DNA of 51,564 bases from Octopus bimaculoides. Its lineage: Eukaryota. The translations under genes and the position numbers were made by a program. Below are positions 1-14,115 of this stretch, one piece after another (positions within the stretch are counted from its first letter, which is position 1; every line of letters begins with the position of its first letter). The DNA is taken from the NCBI RefSeq assembly GCF_001194135.2, contig NC_068982.1, positions 182,901,550 to 182,953,113 on the forward strand. Direction: 5' to 3'. The notes beneath the pieces are model-generated. The model was not told the origin of the DNA and did not search any database. It was given only the letters and a program-made list of their open reading frames with translations.

Positions 1-25
1 ATATATATATATATATATATATATA

Positions 26-313
26 GGCGCAGGAGTGGCTGTGTGGTAAATAGCTTGTTTACCAACGACATGGTTCCGGGTTCATTCCCACTGAGTGGCA
101 CCTTGGGCAAGTGTCTTTTGCCTTGTGGGTGGATTTGGTAGTTTGGTAGACGGAAACTGAACGAAGCCCGTCGTATATATGTATATATATGTGTGTGTTT
201 ATTTTTCTGTCTGTGTTTGTCCCGCCAACATCCTGGGGTCGATTTGCTTGACTAAAGGCGGTGCTCCAGCATGGCCGCAGTCAAATGACTGAAACAAGTA
301 AAAGAGTAAAGAG
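26..313 (+). mobile_element. tRNA-derived SINE (family 1), internally deleted copy
   Basis: Head GGCGCAGGAGTGGCTGTGTGGTAA...GGTTCCGGGTTCATTCCC with Pol III A/B-box-like motifs. Tail GGCGGTGCTCCAGCATGGCCGCAGTCAAATGACTGAAACAAGTAAAAGAG is shared with several other copies in the window. Two internal deletions relative to the copy at 2863-3264. Confidence 0.85.
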
Positions 314-479
314 TATATATATATTAGTTTGAAGTTCGGGAAAGTGTATATATGCATAGCAGAAACTGAACATCAGTTATATAGCAGAGACTGTATATAT
401 ATAGCAAAAACTAAAAACTATATACCATGCATATAACAGACTAAACATCATACATATAGCAATGCCTAACAGCATACAC

Positions 480-482
<3 letters not shown>

Positions 483-531
<49 letters not shown>

Positions 532-549
532 CTCTCTCTCCCTCTCTCT
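483..549. repeat. (CT)n microsatellite
   Basis: Read directly. Confidence 0.95.
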
Positions 550-1345
550 GGGATCTTTTTACGGCATAGGATATTGAAAAATGTTTTTTTTTAAAGTGCA
601 TCACTTGCGAAAGTGAAATTATTTCCGTTGAAAATCGAAACCTTGTCATTGGCAGATTTTGTCAGGATAAAATTTGTCAAACCATCAGCTAGCCGGGAAT
701 GTTTTATCTTGTTATGCTATTCTCATTATTTGAGATCCCAGGAATTTCAACGATATGGAAATATGAAGGTAAAGAACCACAGAATGGATTATACGTCCAA
801 CGTCCAACATACTTTGAAACAACGTGCCGTTGATTTTCATACATTATAAAGTATCCTGATACTCTAATTTACTTTTCACTTATTTTTGTCGATCGTAAAC
901 AAAACATTTGACTTGGACAACAACAAAAGCAAGACAACTCTTAAAGAATACGAAATTCAAATGCTGTTTTCCGTGATAATAATTACTTGTATGTTTGGAA
1001 GGAAATAAGTTGAGAAGCATTTCTCGCAGCAATGGAAATGAAAGAAAAGGACAAAAGGGTACAGCTGGCAGCGAACTTTTCAAAATAGTAAGACATTGTA
1101 TTAATTCATAAACGACAACTTTTTTTATTTAGATGTTACTGGAATAGCCTCTGATTTCTTTTGTACGTGTGTCTCCGGATTCCTTCGTTTAGAGCGCTAA
1201 AAATTGTCGAAGTAAAATTACCAATGTCTGCTAAGTTATAATCTGTTTTCTCTTACAGACAATACAGCAGAATATCTGAATTTTTTTTTTCGGCTTCTTT
1301 CTTCTTTATATCGTTTTCGGTGACTCAGCAGTTCCATAGAAGAGG

Positions 1346-1350
<5 letters not shown>

Positions 1351-1419
<69 letters not shown>
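1351..1419. repeat. (TTA)n microsatellite
   Basis: Read directly. Confidence 0.95.
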
Positions 1420-1422
<3 letters not shown>

Positions 1423-1635
1423 AATTACAGAAAGATTTGTTTTAAATAGAAATATTTGTCCCCGGGATGACGTAAAGAATGGTAGGAGGCTGCATTGCTT
1501 CAGAAGATAACCATTTATTTCTGAAGACGTCCTTTATGAATATATTAAATTATTCTTTAACAAATAATTAGGAATCTGCGAAATAGCTAGAGATTTTTTT
1601 TTTATTTTAGTAACCGTAACAGTGGCAACATTCAC

Positions 1636-1705
<70 letters not shown>

Positions 1706-1722
1706 ATAGTAGTAGTAGTAGT
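1636..1722. repeat. (TAG)n microsatellite
   Basis: Read directly, one TAA interruption. Confidence 0.95.
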
Positions 1723-1889
1723 CATTGAAATTGTATTACTTGTAGCTCTTGATATTTTCATTGTGATGTTTCCAAATAGCTGACGCTATTAATATTCTTT
1801 TGGAGTCTTTTACAAGAAAGTTATAGAAGCGCTAGTGAGATGGCTTAGACAGAAGAAGATGGTGTCATTGATTAGTTACATATTCCCAC

Positions 1890-3400
1890 TCCACTAAGTC
1901 ATGTCACAATGTCACAAATATCACCGTCCTTAAGATAACCCACCCTTAAAACACCCCCAATATACAGTGAAACTCCCTTCACTAAAATTTATTGCTATAA
2001 CAAACAGCTAATTTTCAGGAAGACGTCGCACTAAGATACCTTTCTACACTATACTCTCTAAGATGTCCATTTGCTTGTATATTCATGCAAACGTGTTGAC
2101 ATTTCTACACTATGTTCACACTAAGATCTCCTCACCAATATGCCCACATACATATGTCCTCACTTCAATACGTCCCTCAATAAGATCTCTTGATCATCAT
2201 CCATCAGTACGTCCTCAAAACCGTACATACTCTCATATCATGCTACTATCGCTCCACTACTATCTCCCCACTAACATATCCACAACAATCTGTCCAAACG
2301 AATATGTTCTCACTAAAACATGCCTACCTTCCAAAATGTTCTCACTCACAAGTCCTCAACAATATATTCTCACCACCAAAGCCTCATCAACATGTTTTCA
2401 TAAATATTTCTAGAATGTACATAGTAGGCACACGAAAGTAGCGTTGCGAATTAGACATACTTTCACATTAGTACAGATATGTTTGGAACGTATTTGACAT
2501 GTAAGAATGCCACTTTCACTACGGTTTGCCGTGGGGACAATTCTCGCTTTAGGTTGGTATTAAAACATCAGCAATCATTTTAGGGCGTCCACTGTACCTC
2601 GACGAATACATTTCAAGTTATTTGGCTACCATCAGTACCGCGTCTTCCCCCGAAATGAGTTTGTTCTTTTACACTAGCATGCCCCCGTCAATATATTCTC
2701 ACCAACATATTTTCGGCAACACAAACACACCAAAATGTCCTCTCGTTAGTATACTATCACTAACATGTCTTCACTAATATATCTACAGTAACGTACGCAC
2801 ACAAATATGTCATCACTCACATGTCATCAGCAACTTTTGCTCGAGACATCATCGACAATATCTACTCTTTTACTCTTTTACTTGTTTCAGTCATTTGACT
2901 GTAGCCATGCTGGAGCACCGCCTTTAGTCGAGAAAATCGGCCCCAGGACTTATTCTTTGTAAGCATAGTATTTATTTTATCAGTCTCTCTTGCCGAACCG
3001 CTAAGTTACGGGGACCTAAACACACCAGCATCGGTTGTCAAGCAATGTTGGTGGGGACAAACACAGACACACAAACATACACACGCACATACATATATAT
3101 ATACATATATAGGACGGGCTTCTTTCAGTTTCCGTCTACCAAATCCACTCACAAGGCTTCGGTCGGCCCGAGGCTATAGTAGAAGACACTTGTCCAAGGT
3201 GCCACGCAGTGGGACTGAACCCGGAACCATGTAGTTCGTAGGCAAGCTACTTACCACACAGCCAGTACTATAGCTTCGCTAGTATAACCTCCCCTTATGT
3301 CTTCACGACTATGTCCATCTCATCATATTCTCATTAACATGTCCTCAGCATTACCCTCACCATCTTCACACAAACAGATCCCCTCCGACGTATCTACAAT
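1890..3400. repeat. Cryptic degenerate tandem array (motif approx. AATATGTYCTCACTAAC), interrupted by a SINE
   Basis: Recurring variants CATATGTCCTCACT (~2151), AATATGTTCTCACTAA (~2301), AACATGTCTTCACTAA (~2762), AATATGTCATCACTCA (~2804). The pattern resumes after the SINE (AACATGTCCTCAG, ~3340). Confidence 0.6.
2863..3264 (-). mobile_element. tRNA-derived SINE (family 1), near full length
   Basis: Reverse complement matches the head, body and tail of the copy at 26-313 and includes the segments missing there. Confidence 0.9.
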
Positions 3401-5650
3401 GATATAGTGTCAGAAGTATAAAGTTTTCATAGTGTATGGACATTTGACGTATATATAGATGCAGTGTGTGTAGAGTGTTTTAGAGCATAGTAATTAGAGA
3501 TAATAGAAAACATACAGTTGAGACTTGCTGTCGAGAAGATGGCAAATTTATAAGAACGTCAGGCAAAAAATACTCTTTTTACGTTCTAAGTTCATATCTC
3601 ACTCAGGTTCGCCTTGCTTTTCATCCCTCTCTTGTTCGAAAATTATGTACTATGACGTGTGTTATCTATTATTCGTTAAAGAAAGTGTTTCGGTAAAAGA
3701 ATAGAAGATTAAAAGAATAACTACAGTAAACGTCTCGTAGATTAAACTCAGATAAGTTATCAAGTTTTCAATGTATTATGCATTATGCAACTTAATACAT
3801 TATTCAGTGTCACACAATATTCACAATGTCTTGGTTTTAAATTTTGGCTGATGGTGAATTGGTTTCCATAAAATCAGAGAACAAAGAAAAAGACACGTTG
3901 CATAATATGTATTTTGTGGATCTACATGTATTTGTGTGCATTTGTTTGCATTTGTGTACATAGAAGAGGCCGATTGCAAGTTTTGCACTTGAGGCACAAC
4001 TAATGAAGCAAGTTAATACAAACCGAGAAGACATTCTGTCATGAAAGTCTCTAACGTTCCAACGAAAACAATAGTGGTGAGGGAAAGAAAACAGTAAACA
4101 GTAATAATAACAGTATGGAATAACAATAGACAAATGCTATGTGAACCAAAGAATTCCTTTTAATACAACTCTTGAAATGCAAATCTATTCAAAGGTTGTG
4201 ACATTTTCTTTGATATCTTCCAGCTCTCTCGAGACTACATGACTTTTGCTATTCTTTCGTATTTTCTATTCGACGGAAATACAAGCAGTTTACGACAGCT
4301 TTGGTTTTCTTGTACCTCCACTTCAATTTCTTCAGTTTTATTTCCTTGTAAGTAATCTTTATCGAAATATTTAACCACAAGGAAAGATTGTGATCAATAC
4401 CGAAATTTTATCGCATGTAATGCAAACTCCCTCTTGATTATTTCCTGCAGCTATCGTCGTTGGAAATCCGAAATTTCTCAACTTGGTATCAATAGCAGAA
4501 TTGTTGGGTCGTAATTTAAATTATCGGTGACGAAAATGTAATTTCAAATCTCTTTTCATGAAAACATAAAGACACCGGATGCCTTGTGCCTTCGGTAAGG
4601 TGACAAAGAAATAATTACGTTATACCAATTTTAAAAGGACAATTCAATGCTTCTCTTATAGTGAACAAATCTAGCTGGCTATTTTACCGTTACTAATTCG
4701 TGCTGCCCTAGCATATCATAATCAATAAGTTTATTATATAGGCTTGAGTTAATGTTAAAGCATAGACGCCGGTTCATAACCGAGTAAAACCGATGGATAT
4801 TAATAAAAATCTGCTATCACGGTAAACCTTGTGAAATATTTTCAGATGAGTGAAATGCATTTTTATTTACCAGTTCGCGTATCAAGATCAGATGCTACAA
4901 CCACAAGAAGACTGGTTGAACGAGAATGTTGTGTGAGAAGTATGGCTGTGTAAGATTGTGAAAGGAGAATAGCTATCGAAGTCTGTGCGAGTGAGGAAAA
5001 TCGTTTGTGAAATGTTGTTTAGTTTTAGTCGCTGTCAATCACTATTTCTTAGATGTGAATATCTGACAAATTTGTATAAATTAGTGAGGAATAAGGAGTC
5101 CAGTGAGTTTAATGAAGTTTGTGTCCTATTTAATAAGTTAAATGTTTACACTTTTAGAAAAGAAAAACGTGAACAGTGATAGAATTATGGACGATGCAAC
5201 AAAGTGGTAGGGTAGGGTTTAGAAAAGTGTTTAGTATCTGAGGTAAAAAGGACAATAAATATGATTAATTGAAGAAAAGCTCAGTAGCAGGAGGGCCGAA
5301 GTGAAGGTAATGTGTGAAGTGAGAATTAAGAAAAACGGAAACCAGAGACGGCAGAAGGGCTGGGGAGAGGATAATAAGAAACACGTGAAAGAGTAGTTGC
5401 AATTTGTTGCAGACTGTGTCTCTGCCAATCAACCAAATTCTCTTTTACATATGTGTGAACTGTAATCTAATTCGGGCCACGCTTGAGTGATTGGGTTCAC
5501 AAATGAAGTTGAATGGAAGGACGTGAGACAAGAGGGAGGAATATTTACAGAAAATAACTTTACTGAAAATAAATCAGATACGTGCGCAGATATACACATA
5601 CGCGCGCGCGCACAAACACACACGCACGCACACACATGTATACACACACA

Positions 5651-5778
5651 TTGTTCTTAAACAAGAACATCATTGACAGTAACTGAGAAGTTTCGGCCAG
5701 CTAAGCGATTATCGGACGATGGCTTAGCTCTCCGGATCTTCGAAGTTACTGTCAACAATATTCTTGTTTTTAGAATAA
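5651..5778. other. 128-bp fold-back palindrome (MITE-like or structured RNA)
   Basis: Arms 5651-5690 and 5738-5778 are complementary; inner stem AGCTAAGC (5699-5706) pairs with GCTTAGCT (5722-5729). Confidence 0.8.
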
Positions 5779-5871
5779 TAAATTTTTACTCTAAAAGAGT
5801 ATAAAGTAACCCTTCAAAGTGTTTTGATTATAAATAAACTCACACACACACACTCACACGCACACGCACGC

Positions 5872-5913
<42 letters not shown>

Positions 5914-7833
5914 ACACATAGGGAAGGAGAAAGTGAGAGTGAGAGAGAGAAAGAGTGAGATATCATGGTAAGAGGAACCTGCTAGTAGGTTGAAATTTCA
6001 CCCGATTAAAACTGACACAATTGTAACAACATCGGTAATACAAACTACAACAAATATTTAGAATACAAGCAACAATATAATTCCCCCCAAAAAATGTAAC
6101 TGCACAGCAACAGCACTAATGACATTAAGAAGAAAATTAGCGACAAAAAAATATTAATAACGCGAATCACAATAAAACTTACGAAGATGCTGACAACAAC
6201 GATAGCAAGAGTAATAACAAAGAAAACGCTAATGACAGTAAATGGTGTCAGATCAATAATAATAACAAACATATGTCACTACATATAAGAAAGAGGACAC
6301 AACTGATCTTATAGTTTTTGGAAAACTGTGCCTTAATAGCCTATCGGTTTGTCACGGTTTGCAGATCTGTGATGAAATATGCTGGAACAAAATGGTCGAC
6401 TGGGACTTAACAGTAACAAGTTTTACTACAAACAACAAACCACGCCCCCTTCCATTAAACGCTTCTGTTTATCTCTCACTGCCATAGATTTTCTCTGATT
6501 ATATCGAATCTTCAATATTAGTTTTAGCATAAGACAAAGATATTTATTACATTTCTACATTTATGTTTAAAGCTTTCCAATTAAATACTCAACTTTTCCC
6601 CTCCCCTACACGCACATGCACACTTGGTATTGTTGTCTTATCATGTCATGAAACACTGGTGTCACAACTGCTGCCGCTGCAGCTGCACAACTGTTGCTGA
6701 TGATTTTGCATCTTGTTGTTTTACTTTTGTTGCTATTGATGCTGCTATGGTGTTTCTGCTGCTACTGTGCTGGTACTGCTTTCTTATTGTAGTATAGCTC
6801 TGTTGTTGCACACAGCACAGCTTCTCTATACCAAATTCCACTTACAAGGGTGTAGGAAATATGGAACCACTGATAAAATAATAAATTATGAAGCCACTGA
6901 TAAAATAATAAAATTATTACCACCATAAGTGTAGATGTCTTCAGGTCTAGTTGTGCTATAATTCAAAGTAGTTAAAAAAAACACGTGCTCTTCAATAGGT
7001 TGTAATTTATATTTTTGGAACAGAAACTCATACGAACGAAAATCATAGATTCCATTTACTAAATTTAGTAAAACGTGTTACAGAAACATGCATTATATAT
7101 AAATATCCGTGTGTAAAGAGAACACAGTGGTGCATGTGCTGTAAACATAGCTTTATATAACGTCCTTGAATTACCATTTCTCTCAGAGTGTCATACATGA
7201 TGAGCCTGAATAAGGTTACTCAAATTAGAAAGAAGTGGAAAATAAGTATATCTGGAATGGAGAAATTGGCAAAAAATAGAATACTGCAAATTGATTTCTC
7301 TTTTAGTTTAAATTTAAACGTGTCTTGTAGTTCAAGATAATTGAAATGCGAATGGACGGTTAGTTCAGCTCTGTGGTGCCACCTCTACTTGGAAAAAATA
7401 GCCACAGGCTAGAATCAAAAGCAAAAAAAGAACTAAGATATGGATTTTAAAAAAAAATCCCTCTCTCATAACCAAGATTGCTGCCTTGATAGTGTTCTCT
7501 TGTTCACAAATGAAACCATTCAAAAGGCCGAGCAACTAAAATGTTCCTCGTTACATGAAAATCTGAACAAGAAATTAAGCAAATAAATGCATCCATTTGG
7601 CTGTGATATGAACATTTTAACAACACATCCATAAGCCACATTCAAAGTTTTGAGCATTATTGTGTGTATATATGTGTAGAGTATAGGAAAGTATGTGAAT
7701 CTACGTATGTACCTCTATAAGCGTTATGTGAAAATGTGCTGATAAACAACTGTGGGATTGGCAGATACATGCACACATATACAGATGTATATGTATATGT
7801 CTATGCACACATATACATATACACATATACATA

Positions 7834-7890
<57 letters not shown>
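7834..7890. repeat. (TAG)19 microsatellite
   Basis: Read directly. Confidence 0.95.
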
Positions 7891-7891
<1 letters not shown>

Positions 7892-8269
7892 TTTCATAAA
7901 TCATTTTCGGAGACTAACATGTGTGGGAACCGGTATGTCAAAGAATAGATCCACCTTTGCGTGTCGTAAAAGGCGGTTAAAATCGGTCGAGATAGGATTT
8001 ACGCCCTGACCTCGTAAAACCCTCATCAACAACGACTATCCAAACAGAACCATGGGCTGGAGGGCTGTCACCTGAGTGGTGTAAAGATGGCATCCACCAG
8101 GAGGAGTAGGAAACTACTAGCAAATGTTGGATGCAGTGGCACGCTGTTGCAGCGCGTGCCTCCCATTTTACTAATACATCTGCTGATGTGGAGATAGAAG
8201 TGTAAGTAGAGTGGTTTAGGGTTTAAATTCCGCTATAACGATAAACTTATCAATCGTTGTATGTTACCA

Positions 8270-10130
8270 TACTTTGTAGGGAACTGAGCGCCTTGAGAGC
8301 AATATCGCTCTTATCTGCCACTAAACCTAAATAGAACGCTAAGCTAGGAATTCCACCGACCGCATTACTCGACTGCCAAAGAGCTATGAGTGCCTGATGA
8401 TACTATAGATACCAAGCTCTGGGCCTCGGTTTACGCTTTATCCACGACTGCAGCTCCGGCAAAGAGATGAGCTGCAGAAAATGGATCGGACAAACGGCGA
8501 TCATACCTACTTACCGAAAAGAAAACGCTGAAGATGTCGCAGCTTCTGTGTATTATCAGTCATGACATGCCCGGTCCTCGACTCGGCAGCTGTTGATAAC
8601 AAATGGAGCGTCTGGTCAGTTTAACACATTCTTTCCACAGAAAGAGGAAGAACAGGAACTCCAGTCTGATGAGAAGTGAAATGGAACAGGGCGCGAAGGT
8701 CAAGCAGTGCGATATGGTGGAGGTGATGTAAGTATTCGCTACTACTGCCCAAAATTTCAGGAATAGCTTTACTTCAGCCCATTTTTGGGTAAGATGAGCC
8801 ACTCTATTCATCATCTCTTCTCAGGCCTTCTCTGCTTAGGAGTTTGATCCAAACCAGACCGCGGGCAATTTAACCGGCTTATCAATCCAGTTCTTACAAT
8901 TCGGATGGACATCAGGTCACTAGGTACCGAACTGCAGGCTCGCTGATTTTTCTTGTTTAATTTTTTGCTTCTGTCACCGCGTCTTAGTCCTTTAGAGCAG
9001 CGCCGATCACCTCAGTGTGCCTGGTGCCCGACACTACGATGGTTGTGTTGTCTGCATATACCACACACTTCTTCCAGATCCTAATCAGTGTGGGACGCCC
9101 TTCAACGTCTGCACTTTTGGCAACAGTAACTGAAGAACTAACTGAAGAACACATGCATACAGGAGAGATGAGAGTAGAAAGTCTTGGCGAATGATTCCGA
9201 GAGGTCATCAATCGAATGGCTCCGAAATGTCATCAATCATCCTAATCAACGAACAGATGTCGTTGTATAGCGCGGCGATCTAATTATTTAAGACGGAACT
9301 GAAACCGGTCGTCATGACAACACCCGCCAAGTATTGGTAATCGACCTTATCGAAAACTTTTGATTGAACAAAATAGATCGGAGCACTGGTCATGTCGGGT
9401 ATTCTACTTAATCTCTCTGATGCATCGCACGAGGTGGCGGTTTTCATCGATAGATCTGTTAGAGAGAGCGCATGGTTTATGCGTTGCCAATTAGACCACT
9501 CACGACAAGTGCCAATATCATTGCTAACGTCTTGGCCAAAGTTTTGAATTCTGTGTTTAACAACGTTATGGGCCAACTCACAGAACTGGAAATTTGTTCT
9601 GCTATGCTCTGAGTTACGTTAGATATCTGCCAAGCGGTCTCCAAACAAGCCTGGTATATAAAAGTAAACTTTGTAGGGCAGAGAAGCCAAACCAAGCGAT
9701 TTGCCAATGCAATTTCACTCCACCCACCGACCAGGCAGTCAATCATCGCTTCTCCTATTCCTACAGCTGTACAGCTCTTATCGCAACACTCCACGTCGCT
9801 TATCAAGATCTGTGCAGGCCGGCGAGGTAGGCACTGGAATGTACCCTGCGTTCCGGCTTGCGCTTTCTCCCGAAAAATCGACCGAAGTGCTATTGTAAGG
9901 CCATTCACATCTACTTTCAACCGAGTGTCATGCATCAGTTATGGTCCACCACTGAATTAACGTTCTGTTGCTACGCTCTGCCTCTTCCACTTGGTCCCAC
10001 GTCTTATAGCGTGCGCCTCAGCTCTAACAATGGAACCTTCGTGCTTCAGCTTCAGGATTGGTCGAGGATCAATATTCTTGTTATATTGCTGCTCTTCAAG
10101 CCAACTTAACAGATGGTCCTACACATGTTC
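8270..10130 (-). mobile_element. Decayed Tx1-like (L1 clade) non-LTR retrotransposon, ORF2 reverse transcriptase region, 5'-truncated
   Basis: Minus-strand frames give WPITLLNTEFKTLAKTLA, QSKVFDKVDYQYLA (KAFD motif), IRQDFLLSSLLYA (RQGCPLSP motif), YADNTT (YADD motif), PVKLPAVWFG, and LFFLFLW...RRSICYQ...GPGM. Many frameshifts and stops; no endonuclease seen. Confidence 0.85.
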
Positions 10131-10612
10131 GATCAACAAACAGGTACAAAATGTAATCAGATTTTCAGTTTGAAGGTTTTATAAAGGATGAATAACCAAG
10201 TCATAAACCAAATTAGAATTTTAACATAAGAAGATTTATTCTATTGCCTAGTTTTAACGACTAAACTAATATATAATCGGTTGTTAGTAGAGATAAAGAG
10301 AAGAAGGTTAATTAATATAAGACTATAATGATAAAGTAATAATAACAATAACACTAATAATTATAGCCTTAATATATAAATTAGCAAAGCGTTCAGAATA
10401 AATAATTCGGGAATAGCGATTATTGTATTACTGCCAGAGTAACATTATTCGTTCAGGTTTCGCCAACACCAAACTTCAAACACTCAAATGAATAGCTAAC
10501 GTCATGTGCATTGCGTATGCACAGTGGCTAGATACCTCAAACTTTAACGTAAATTCGACGCAAACTTTTTACGTGACAGGTTGTATTTTGTGTGCATGGA
10601 ATCACTCCGAAA

Positions 10613-11703
10613 ATGGAGAATTAAAACGAACATTATCGATAACTCATGCTTCTTTATTTTACAAAGAGCAAGACAGCGGCAGAAACTTACGGGAAATTAT
10701 GTGCTGTGTACAAAGAGGATGCTGTTGTAGTGCGTGTATGCCGGGAGTGGTTTATAAAATTTCGATAGGGGAAATTTGTCAGCTCAAAGTGCACCTCAGG
10801 CTGATCAATGTAGATCAGCAGTGACACCGAACCCCATTATACGACCAGGATGATTGCAGATATTCTCTAGATATCCAACTCGAATGTTGAAAACCATCTG
10901 CATCAACTTGATTACATAATCAGGCTCGATATTGTGGCCCCACATCTATTGAACAAGGCAAACCTCACCCAATGGATTTTTACCTGCTATTCATTGCAGA
11001 AACATGAAGAAGACGATCCTTTTTTTGAAGAGGAATTTGACATAGGACGTATAATGGATCGTCTATAACAATTTGAAGCGCAAACAGTCATGAGCGAAGC
11101 ACGGACATCCACCACGAACAACCGCTAAAGCAGGACTTCACCTAAAGAAGGTTATGCTTTCAACTTGGTGTGATTGGAAGGATGTTGTCTTACGATCTTC
11201 TTCGTAGAGACAGGACCATCCGTTCCGATATATACCATCAATTCCGATATATGCTGCGACCAGCTGGACAAATTAAATGCAGTGATCCATCAGAAGAGTC
11301 CAGTACTTGCTAATCGTAAAGGCATATTCTTTCACCCTACAATGCCAGACTGCAAACTTCTTTACAGACGCAGCAAGCGTTACTGGAGCAGAGAATTTTG
11401 CCGCACTCTCTATATCCGCTTGATCTTGCGCCTTCAGATTTCCACCTGTTTCGGTCTCTTCAAAATTCATTGAATGGACATACCTTCAATTCTGAAGGGG
11501 ATTTAAAAATGCAGCTGGAAGAGTTTTTCGCCATTAAGAAAAGGACATTCTTTGAGTAGGGATTAATGTTTTTGCCAGAAACATGGCAAAAATTACTGGA
11601 ACGATATGGTAATTATATCATTCATACAATAAATTGTTTTGTGTTTATAACCTATGTCTTATTTTCGCTTTAAAAGCCGCACGGACTTTGTGACCAACTC
11701 AAA
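10613..11703 (+). mobile_element. Decayed mariner transposon (transposase pseudogene plus right TIR)
   Basis: ATG at 10613 gives MEN*NEHYR*LMLLYFTKSKTAAETYGKLCAVYKEDAV (HTH domain). Later AKAGLHLKKVML, TINSDICCDQLDKLNAVI and DLAPSDFHLFRSLQNSL. TIR-like AAAAGCCGCACGGACTTTGTGACCAACTCAAA at ~11672-11703; no left TIR found. Confidence 0.9.
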
Positions 11704-11852
11704 CATAAGAATTATTAGACAATTGAATTAAGAAAAGCATTCTTTGCCTGGTGGGGAAAGAAAGCGTATTCTGGAGTTTTTAATTATGAAACAAATAAAT
11801 CCATGATAAATTCGTAATTGTATTTATGTTATTAATTGTTATGCAGAATAAA

Positions 11853-12015
11853 GCGACCAGCTAGCAGAACACTAATTTCAAATTTCACCGGGGTTGACTT
11901 TACCTTTCACCTTATCAGAGTTTATGAATAAGTTTTAACTGAACACTGGGATCGGTTTAATCGACTAACCCCCTCCAACAAAATTCAGGCCTTGTGCCTG
12001 TAGTAGAATGGATTA
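11853..12015 (+). mobile_element. SINE family 2, degenerate copy
   Basis: Shares ...GACTTTACCTTTCA...CTGGGATCGGTTTAATCGACT...CCCCTCC...GGCCTTGTGCCT..AGTAGAA with the copies at 29960 and 46069. Confidence 0.6.
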
Positions 12016-12475
12016 ATTATCATGCAGGAAAAACGTAGCTGGTTGACCTATGGGTCAAAACTGTAATTGGGATTTAAACGTCTACGGTTTTGTATCGCCT
12101 AGCTTTAAACGGGAAAAGTTTCATAATACAAATTTAGACGGTGATACTTTCCTCAGTTAAATATTACGTGATAAACCTTTAATTTCTAAAATCCTTAAAA
12201 ATGTAAATACGAATTACAACATTTTCTTTGTTTAATTATTTGCTTTCATCAATCATTAATTTGAGGAAATTATCAATAGTTTAATTCTATTATGATAATT
12301 TGTTTATTTTCTCAGTAAATTATTTGTTAATTAATTTTCATTTCAATTATTAAAAGTCCTTCATGAATGAAATTTTCACAAGATACATATCTTCAAATTA
12401 ACTGGCTTATTATCTAGAGAAAATTATATTTTCTCTCTATAATAACAGTCACTCGTTTATCTAGAGAGCTGATTC

Positions 12476-12566
<91 letters not shown>

Positions 12567-12577
12567 GGTGGTGGTGG
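12476..12577. repeat. Compound (TAG)n-(TGG)n microsatellite
   Basis: Read directly; followed by a TAGAACTTACT duplication at 12578-12600. Confidence 0.95.
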
Positions 12578-13604
12578 TAGAACTTACTGTAGAACTTACT
12601 ATCTGTCCTCTCATTACATAAACAGCTCAGTTTAGTCCCCGAAAAGACTGCCTTTTTTCTCACTATATAGTCACAACGCTTGAATCAAAAATTCAAACGT
12701 CCATATTTTCTGGGGTTTTTTTCTTTTTCTTTTTCATTAATTCCCCAACGCGTTACTCGTCACGTTACGATCAACCACTTATTGTATCTCATATAAAAAC
12801 CTATACTCTACTATTTCTGGTATTCAGAGGAATTTTATAGAAAAGGAAACTGCATTAAGTTTACTAAAAGTCATGGATTTCTTTTCTTAATAGATACAAC
12901 TATACTTCTTTACGCATTCGGTATTTACATTACGGTATAGACTCGTTTTATAAATAGGAACAGAGGTATGTGCGTGTGTAGTCCTTCGTACATCCACTAA
13001 TCGTCTCGTTTTGGATTATATTTATTTCACATTCCTATGTTAACTGTCTGTATTGCATTCTTGTCTGTTTGTACATTTTTTTTGTCTTGCTTCTTGCTTT
13101 TAACTCGCCAATTCCCGGTGCATCCAGTAGAGGATTCAATATTATTGGTTAGGCGAGAAATTGTGATTGACCCGCTGGGCGATAACTGATGAGGAGCTGA
13201 CGACCATCTATGTCTATTACCTTGTTTATATATATCTATAGATATTGTATGCGTGTACATTCATATGTGTGTGTGTGTCTGTGCGTGTGTGTATGTATGT
13301 ATATATGTATATATGTATGTATATGCATCTGGTTTTGTCCCCTTCTTTCTCACTTAATGTGGAAACCTACAAAAGAATGGTCATTCTTGGATAAGTAAAT
13401 AGACAGTTTACATATGAAAAGAGATGTAGAAAAACTTCCAGTAGGTATAACATTTTTTCCGTTCAGTGCTATCCATGATTCTTCAGACAAAGATTCAGAA
13501 ATAGTATTACCTTTGAATCATTGTCTCAAGAAATACGGGGAGGAGATTATCTACATGTATATACCTTGTAACTCCTACATATAATGAAACACATGTAACG
13601 TTGA

Positions 13605-13639
<35 letters not shown>

Positions 13640-13878
13640 TGTATGTGTGCGTATCTATGTATGTATGCATTATGTATGTATGTATGTATATATGTACGTT
13701 TGTATGTGTGTGGTTGTGAGAATGTGTGTGTGTGGTTGAGAGTGTATGTGTATTAAAACAAAGGCAGCAAATTTTTATATATTTTTAATTCAGTGTTACA
13801 TGTGTGTGGGTGCGTTTGTTTGTGTGTATATATATATACATACATATATTCATACATACACATATATATATATGTATG

Positions 13879-13916
<38 letters not shown>

Positions 13917-14115
13917 NNNNNNNNNNNNNNNNNNNNNNNNNNNNNNNNNNNNNNNNNNNNNNNNNNNNNNNNNNNNNNNNNNNNNNNNNNNNNNNNNNNN
14001 NNNNNNNNNNNNNNNNNNNNNNNNNNNNNNNNNNNNNNNNNNNNNNNNNNNNNNNNNNNNNNNNNNNNNNNNNNNNNNNNNNNNNNNNNNNNNNNNNNNN
14101 NNNNNNNNNNNNNNN
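13917..14115. other. Assembly gap flanked by (AT)n
   Basis: N run. Confidence 0.99.

Noticed and set aside
7834-8270. (TAG)n as the 3' tail or specific target of the Tx1-like element
   Set aside because: Recognisable Tx1 homology stops about 380 bp away, and (TAG)n occurs at three other unrelated sites in the window.
13027-13260. Short ORF or exon next to a pyrimidine tract, containing CTGATGA
   Set aside because: No recognisable homology, no consistent splice pair and no GAAA or stems for a ribozyme.
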